From: Bugula neritina
Lineage: Eukaryota > Animalia > Bryozoa
DNA length: 64,000 bases
Direction of reading: 5' to 3'
Assembly (NCBI GenBank): GCA_964035545.1
Contig: OZ037765.1
Coordinates: 682,001 to 746,000, forward strand
The stretch's first letter is position 1, and every line of letters begins with the position of its first letter. The position numbers were made by a program, and so were the translations under genes. The notes under the pieces were generated by a model. The model was not told the DNA's origin. It did not search any database and saw nothing but the letters and a program-made list of their open reading frames with translations. Below, piece by piece: positions 57,038 to 64,000 of this stretch.

Positions 57038-58436
57038 CTGGTGGCCCTGATGATCCAGGAAGACCCAGCTCTTTGTGAGTGCCATCTAAATAGAATGACA
57101 TAATAGTAGAAAGACATGCCTATTGAGCAGGCTATTGAGATGTGTAGAAAGATGCTACCATTGTTATGTAAATTAGGGCTACAATTACTTTGACTACATT
57201 TTATAGATTACATACGATAAAAGACTCTAAACATCAACTAAAACAAGTCAAAAAGATGTTCTATTTACAAGGAGGTGACAAAAGGTTAAATTGATAGATG
57301 CAGCTACTTGGCCTACGCAAACTCTGATGGAATGGATGGAATGGATGGAATGGACTGGTAGAGGCTGAATATCTTACCACTAGTTAGATCTATCAAATAG
57401 ACTGGTAGAGGCTGAATATCTTACCACTAGTTAGATCTATCAAATAGACTGGTAGAGGCTGAATACCTTACCACTAGTTAGATCTATCAAATAGACTGGT
57501 AGAGGCTGAATATCTTACCACTAGTTAGATCTATCAAATAGACTGGTAGAGGCTGAATACCTTACCACTAGTTAGATCTATCAAATAGACTGGTAGAGGC
57601 TGAATACCTTACCACTAGTTAGATCTATCAAATAGACTGGTAGAGGCTGAATATCTTACCACTAGTTAGATCTATCAAAAGACTAGATGGGACTTCTTCA
57701 TATGAACTCAATTTCTCATTTCCGCTAACATCAGTTTCACCATAATTCCTTTCCTAAGTTTATAGATTAATACAGAACATAATATTTATTTAGTAAGAAT
57801 TCTAGCTTCCACAACACAACTTGTTCTAACCACTGACCCTACTTCCTTAATTGAGATTCAACAGATGTGACCTTCAACCCTTCTCATGTCCACCATCTAC
57901 TACTATATATACACAGTATACTATCTTCTTAACTAACTCTACTACTATATATACATAGTACTATCTTCTTAACTAACTCTACTACTAATATATTTACATA
58001 GTGTACTACTCCCCACCTGCTTAGCCAGATGCGCCACGGCAGCTTCCAGAGCACCAATTCTCTTCTGCTGCTCATCTAGTTGAGTCGTTAACTCTTCACA
58101 AGTACTGGGTGGTGACTCACTATTGTCAGGCAGTGACTTTGTTGATACTTGTGAAAAGGCAGAAACTAGCCATGCTACAGCCAATCCTAGAAGAGAATTG
58201 GAAAACTTTCATTAGGCCAATGACTTTGAAGTTTAGCACTGAAACTTACATTTTGTAATAGGATAATTATTTGCTACTATAAGTGACTACAGTAAAGATT
58301 GTTGCTTTCAGTTACCACGTTTGGACCAGCTATATAATAATATAATGAAGCACAGAATCGTTACCTTACCTATGATCACAAGCAGAATCACTCCTATAAG
58401 TATATCCATAGTTACATCTTCAATTCGAAACATCAT
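57038..58436 (-). CDS. Uncharacterised secreted or type II membrane protein with a coiled coil and a short Gly-X-Y segment; exons 58436-58370, 58186-58017, 57753-57660, 57085-57038; 3' end unresolved
   Basis: Phase-consistent exons: MMFRIEDVTMDILIGVILLVIIGLAVAWLVSAF...LPDNSESPPSTCEELTTQLDEQQKRIGALEAAVAHLAKQ|ERNYGETDV...IDLTS|DGTHKELGLPGSSGPPG. Confidence 0.65.
57354..57682 (-). repeat. 47-bp minisatellite, 7 copies, each containing the exon-3 donor of the coiled-coil gene
   Basis: Unit on the + strand is ACTGGTAGAGGCTGAATA(T/C)CTTACCACTAGTTAGATCTATCAAATAG; on the minus strand it reads ...GATCTAACTAGTG|GTAAG(A/G). Confidence 0.93.
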
Positions 58437-59918
58437 GATACTCTGGCTGACTAACAACTAGTCAAAAGAATAAGAGTTAACCGCATTAGATTGCGCAATG
58501 AGATAGCACGTGAGGCATGAAGTCTTATTTATAACTATGCAAGCTGTGTGTTGCAACTTGCATTTCGCTACTATAAACTTGCTAGCCACATTTTATTGTA
58601 TAATTTTACATTTTGTTTTTCAAAAATATCGCTACTGCATGTTTTAATAAAAAGTGTGAATTATTAAGTAACTGTGGTGCAGAGGAGATAAGCCCAAAAA
58701 CAAAAGTAGCATGACATGTTCTGCAAACGCATACTTAGTTTATTATGATTGTGTGACCATCTATGGTTATTATGCTATAAAACATGCATTTAACAGGCAA
58801 AAAAAACTTGCATTATCTGTCTGTGTAGACTGTACCAGTTGGAGCAATGAAGGGGTGGTGGTGTACTCCCTCCCTTCCCAGAGTTATACTATAATAACAG
58901 GAAATACAACTAAACCTGGTTTAACAGATGATCATGTGACTCAGATAATGAGAGTTTACCAACTCTTCTGTGGCATTCAACCAGACACTTACTTCATTGA
59001 ATTACTTTGATAAATGAGGTAATATTTTTAGTGTAGTACTTTACAATGGGAGTTATAGATTTTAGACTGATATGAATTGCATCTGCTCATTGATATGTAT
59101 ATATAAACAGTACGTGCAAATTTCGACTATCTTATTTGTTTAATTCTTTGAACTATTTACAATGTAAAAAACTCACTTCTCATGAAAATTGATTAGTTCA
59201 AGCAGAGTTTAAGTGTTTCTCAGGGTAGGTGCGAACTACTTCCAAGTTCAACATAACTTAGCTTATAGTAATATATCATTATTTCACTCAAAAATACAGT
59301 CTCCCATCTGCAGTTCTGTTATCAGATAGCTATACCCCTTAAAGTATAGTTTTATGTAGAATTTATTCAAGGAGGACATAATATTATATAGGATTTGCAA
59401 GCAAATTATTTAGACTGATTTAACCAGCTTTAATTAGCCACATTCATAAGCTATACTACTTAATTAATATGCTAGTGTAAACTTAATAAATACCTTCGAA
59501 ATTGAATGCAATTTTTAGATGTAAACTTACATTTGTTTTATGCTGATAAAATAATATAGTGAATTATTCTGTTGCTGCACTATTTAATGTATATTATGTA
59601 TTAATTGTATTATATCTGTTATGAGATAAGTTTTTATATATCAATTAGGTTCTTGTACTCCAGTCCTTAAATAACAAAATTAGAGATTACATACAAACTG
59701 AGCTAATGTGGTGAGATTTATTAATACATAAAAAAAACAGTAACGATTTTTTTAATAAATGTACCATGATAAATTTTAATAAAATATAGCAAAATATTAA
59801 TTATGCAGCACTAACATCTGTATATCAACTATATAACTTTAGTTAGTGGATAGTAACATATACTTTATATTATACATCCATAGTTTACAATTTACAAGTT
59901 ACAAGTTACAGTTTACAA

Positions 59919-60860
59919 GTTAATAACTGGTGCATTGCAAACAAACTAACTCTAAACTTAACGAAAACAAACTATATCATTGTTAAAAACTACCAAAAGA
60001 ATTTTGTACTTAACAGTACCATCCATATTGACAATATACCTCTCTCACCTAGCTCAGAAATAAATTTTTTAGGTGTAGTCATTGACATTAACTTAAACTG
60101 GTGTGCTCATATAAATTCTTTAAGGACTCAGCTCAACAAAGTAACTGGTATGATATACTTAGCTTCAAAGTTTTTACCATACAAAGCTTTGATTTTATTA
60201 TATAACAGTCTGATAAACAGCAAACTTACATATTGCTTAGAAGCCTGGGGAAATGCCCCTAAAACCCATCTGAACAAGTTGCTTTTAATTCAAAAACGCA
60301 TTATTCGCATTATTTTCCACAAATCACCTACTGAACACACGTCACCTCTATTTATCAAAGCAGAAATTCTTCCTATTGATCTCTTGTATATCTACCGCCT
60401 ATGTCTTCTTGGTCATTCAGCTTATTATACTCCATCTCACACCAAACAACCACCAACTTACCTCACCAGACATTCTGAACTTTCCTTACCCTTACCTCTC
60501 TCTACCTCCGCAGCAGGTCATCGTCAAGTGTTCTACCAGATGTCTAGCAATTGGAATAAGCTACCTCTGACTTTAAGACATTATCAAAGCTTTGCCACAT
60601 TTAAAATATTGTTGAAAAAGCACCTACTAAAATCTTTAACTTAATCTGAATAAATAGATCCCACTATTTTTTCAACTGCCACTTGGGCCCCGCTCCTTGA
60701 ATAGCTATGCTACTGAGCACATGGGCCACCATCTTGACTTCGATTGATATTATATATAAATTGAATTTGGCTCTTTTTGTGTTACTGTTGTATATTTGTA
60801 TTTTTTTGTCCTTTTGTTTTTTTTGATGGAAATAAAGAAAACAAACAACAAACAAACAAT
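59919..60860 (+). mobile_element. 5'-truncated non-LTR retrotransposon (CR1/L2-group LINE), 3' end of ORF2 plus 3' UTR
   Basis: Open frame 59922-60644: NNWCIANKLTLNLTKTNYI...FLGVVIDINLNWCAHI...LYNSLINSKLTYCLEAWG...LLLIQKRIIRII (RT thumb and C-terminal region). It ends in AATAAA followed by a (CAAA)n tail. Confidence 0.9.
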
Positions 60861-61487
60861 TGCTATATTATAATAAATATTGTATAGTAATTTTTTCATG
60901 TAATTTATTACAATGCAGTGATATTTTACCAATAATTTTTGCTTCTGCTACTTTATAGGAAAATGATATCAATTTTCATTTTCCAACAAAATATTGTTAT
61001 ATGGGTCAATTCAATTAATTTAGTACAACCTTTGGTATAAATTTTGATGTATATAATTTTTTTTACTTGTAGTTCTAAAAGTGTTTCCATTTTAATTTAC
61101 ATTTTAAATCAAAATAAAGCAACTGATTCATACATAAAATTTGTTACTCAAGTGCAAAATTTATTTTACAGTAACAAAGAATATTCCAAGATTACAATTT
61201 TACTTCAAATACACATAAACTAATAAAAAACTTTGACAGGGGAGGCAAGTTTTAAAACAAATCGGTAAATCATTTCTCTTGAAAAACTCCGTACGCGGTA
61301 AACTAAACCAGACTCACTAACCAAACAAGACAAAGCAGAGAGACTGTAAATGATAATGTAAACTAAACTGGACATAAAGCTAGGGGAAGCACCCCTCATA
61401 CTTTACAATAAGAACTGTTAGGATTGTGCGCACAGCAGGGTTGTAGCTGCAGAACGCAAATATCAATTGTTAGATTTATGGGTAAAC

Positions 61488-63735
61488 TACCAAAACTTTA
61501 TACTAAATTCAGACTAGCAGTGTTACTGCCTACTTATCTCTCTCAACAAGTTTTAATATATTTCTATAGTACGTAATAATATTATAACATAGCTGTCTAG
61601 GATGATTGGCTAATTTCTATAAACTTCTATATTTCCGCTGCTGTTTATATTGACTGACATAGAATCATGTAATGTGTAATATACTATAAGCCGTTACATT
61701 ATACTACATTACATAATATAATGTGTTTACAATGCTTGCAACCAGCAAACGTAATTAGCTTGTTCAAAGAATCTTCCCACAGTTACTATGGTAACAGGAG
61801 GTCACAGCCAAACCTGGTTTAGCAGATGGTCATGTGACTCAGATTATAGTAACTGTATTGAATTACTCTGATGTGTGAGGTAATGTTTCTAGTTTAGTAC
61901 TTCACAATGCAATTAGATTTCTAATAGTGTATTTATTTATATAGTATAATATTACATGCAGCTATAGCTAACACCAGATAAATATTGATAAACATTAAAA
62001 AGGACCTGGCTGCGTTAGAACAACCTATAAACATATATATAATAGGTATCTATAATATATAATAATAAAATACAGTATATATAGTGCTTATTAGTTGGTG
62101 AGAATATGACATGAAAATATTGTATAAGTTCATGAAGGATAGGAGACTATAATATAATTACTTCAATATCACTAGATTTCCCTTGTATATTATGTATCGT
62201 CTTCTCATTGAGTTTCACTAACAGTGCTTCCAATTATGATATTTTTTATAAACATTTGAACTCATTATATAATGTAAAAAGCTAATCTCTAATGCTCAGC
62301 AGCATTAAATATTACTAGCTTAAATATTTTTCAATTGCTTGGCTTCCAAGTTCAATGTAACTTAGCTTTATGGGAGTAGCTAGACCACACAATATTTCAC
62401 TCAAAAATATACAGTCTTTAGTATGGCTTTATTATTGGATAGTGGATAGCTTAGCCATAAGTTATAGTTTTATGTAGAACTTATTGAGTGAAGAGCTGAA
62501 TAGCTTTGAGTAAGCTATAATAATACATTAACAAAATATAGTTTAAATTTAATTATAAATATATCTTCAAAGTGGTTTGCGAATAGAATATGACTATATA
62601 TAGGCCTTTGCTTAAAATCAAAAACCTTTTCATATGAGGATTTTTCTTATATTATACAGAAATTTTTCATCAATATACAATAATTTTACATTACCATAAT
62701 AAAATAATATTACAGTACCACTTATATACAATAACATTATACAATAATATTACATTACCAATATATACAATTGGTCTCATAAACAATAAGTGCAAAGCCT
62801 TATAAGCTGCAGCAATTAGGTGACCTTCCTACTGATTACAGCTAGCTAGTGTAATCTATCAACACTTCATTTCCCAATAGTTCCTATATGTTCTCTGTCA
62901 GCTGCCAGTTCCCATGCTGATGTGTCATAATACACTGACTACTTTAGCAGGTGCTTTTGGTCTGAGTTCACTTGGAGCACACAATGGCAACCATTACAGG
63001 TTAGTGAGGGAAGGGCAGAAATATTTCACATTGTGGTCTGAATCCCAAATACCTGCATTTAGATGCATGTCTCAAACTCCAATCCTATTAACTATTAGAT
63101 TTTGTTGTAATTTAATTTCTGGAATATTCTGAATAAATATAATTCACCGGTGTTTATCAAATATGCGATGTTTATATATAGACTTTAAACTATGCATCAA
63201 TTTTTTATAATTTTACAATGTCCTTCAGTTTTTCAGCAGCCAATATATAAATGAGTTTTTAAATTGATAGGTTGTCTAAAAGAATGATTTAGAGTAGCTA
63301 TCTTATAACAGCTGTAAATCTACTCAACTCTTGCAATCTATCAAAGTATTTAATGCAGCAACTCTTGTTGATAAGCAGGGCTCTGTTTCCTACTGGTCAC
63401 AGCAATCTGTGTCACATCTGGACACGTTTTACCAGACAATGATTCACCGTCATGCGATTGTGACAAAATTATGACTCGACTAGACAAGCAGCAAAAGAGA
63501 ATTGATGCTCTGGAAGCTGCCGTAGCAACTTTGACTAAGCAGGTGAGGAGATAGTATATATAGTATGTATATATATATTATAGTATAGTAGAGTTAATAT
63601 AGATAATTATAATATACTCTGAGTAAAATCTGATGTAGGCAACTATTGAAGCCACAGTAACAGATGTTGGGAAAAGAGCTGTTTTATCAGATGATATTCT
63701 TCAGAACTTCCTGGCCAGCATCAAAGATGCCGCTG
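61488..63735 (+). CDS. Paralog of the 57038-58436 gene; exons 63379-63542 and 63639-63735, candidate first exon 61488-61491; probably continues past the window end
   Basis: (M)GLCFLLVTAICVTSGHVLPDNDSPSCDCDKIMTRLDKQQKRIDALEAAVATLTKQ|ATIEATVTDV... It has the same exon phases as the minus-strand copy. The start exon is a guess (ATGG|GTAAAC). Confidence 0.65.
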
Positions 63736-64000
63736 GTGAGAAATATTTCCAAAAATACAAAAAAAGTGTTTTATTTCTTGACAGTAAAATAAAAAGGCAA
63801 TGATTTAATGCAAGTTATACATAATATTCCATTACAATGAATTTTTCTGCTTTACAATTACAACTTTGAAATACAGAGTGAAGTGATTCATGAGACTCTT
63901 TAGCATACAAATTATATAGCAGAGCAATGAGCATTCATTTGATAATTTTTGTATTTAATTTGAATTTAATTTTAGCTCAAATATTTTTTTAAAATTAAAA

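Overview
AT-rich, intron-rich genomic DNA of an invertebrate animal; the taxon cannot be fixed from the sequence. Host genes reconstructed by hand from splice sites and reading frames: a short C4orf45/SPMIP2 (DUF4562)-like gene, an SPDEF-type PNT+ETS transcription factor, a group III secretory phospholipase A2, a head-to-head SUB1(PC4)/ZNF511 pair, and a divergent pair of paralogous secreted or membrane coiled-coil genes. The standout feature is a complete 9.27-kb Mutator-like (MULE) DNA transposon at 21709-30977, with 24-bp perfect TIRs and a 9-bp TSD (CAATAAGGC). It carries an intact DDE transposase exon and a multi-exon USP-family (peptidase C19) deubiquitinase with all catalytic residues, possibly spliced into one USP-linker-transposase protein. 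A second recurring pattern is minisatellites made by tandem amplification of splice junctions in three unrelated genes. Also present: two Harbinger-type MITEs, a tRNA-derived SINE with a 16-bp TSD, a 5'-truncated LINE and many simple repeats. All family assignments come from motif recognition by eye, not database searches.
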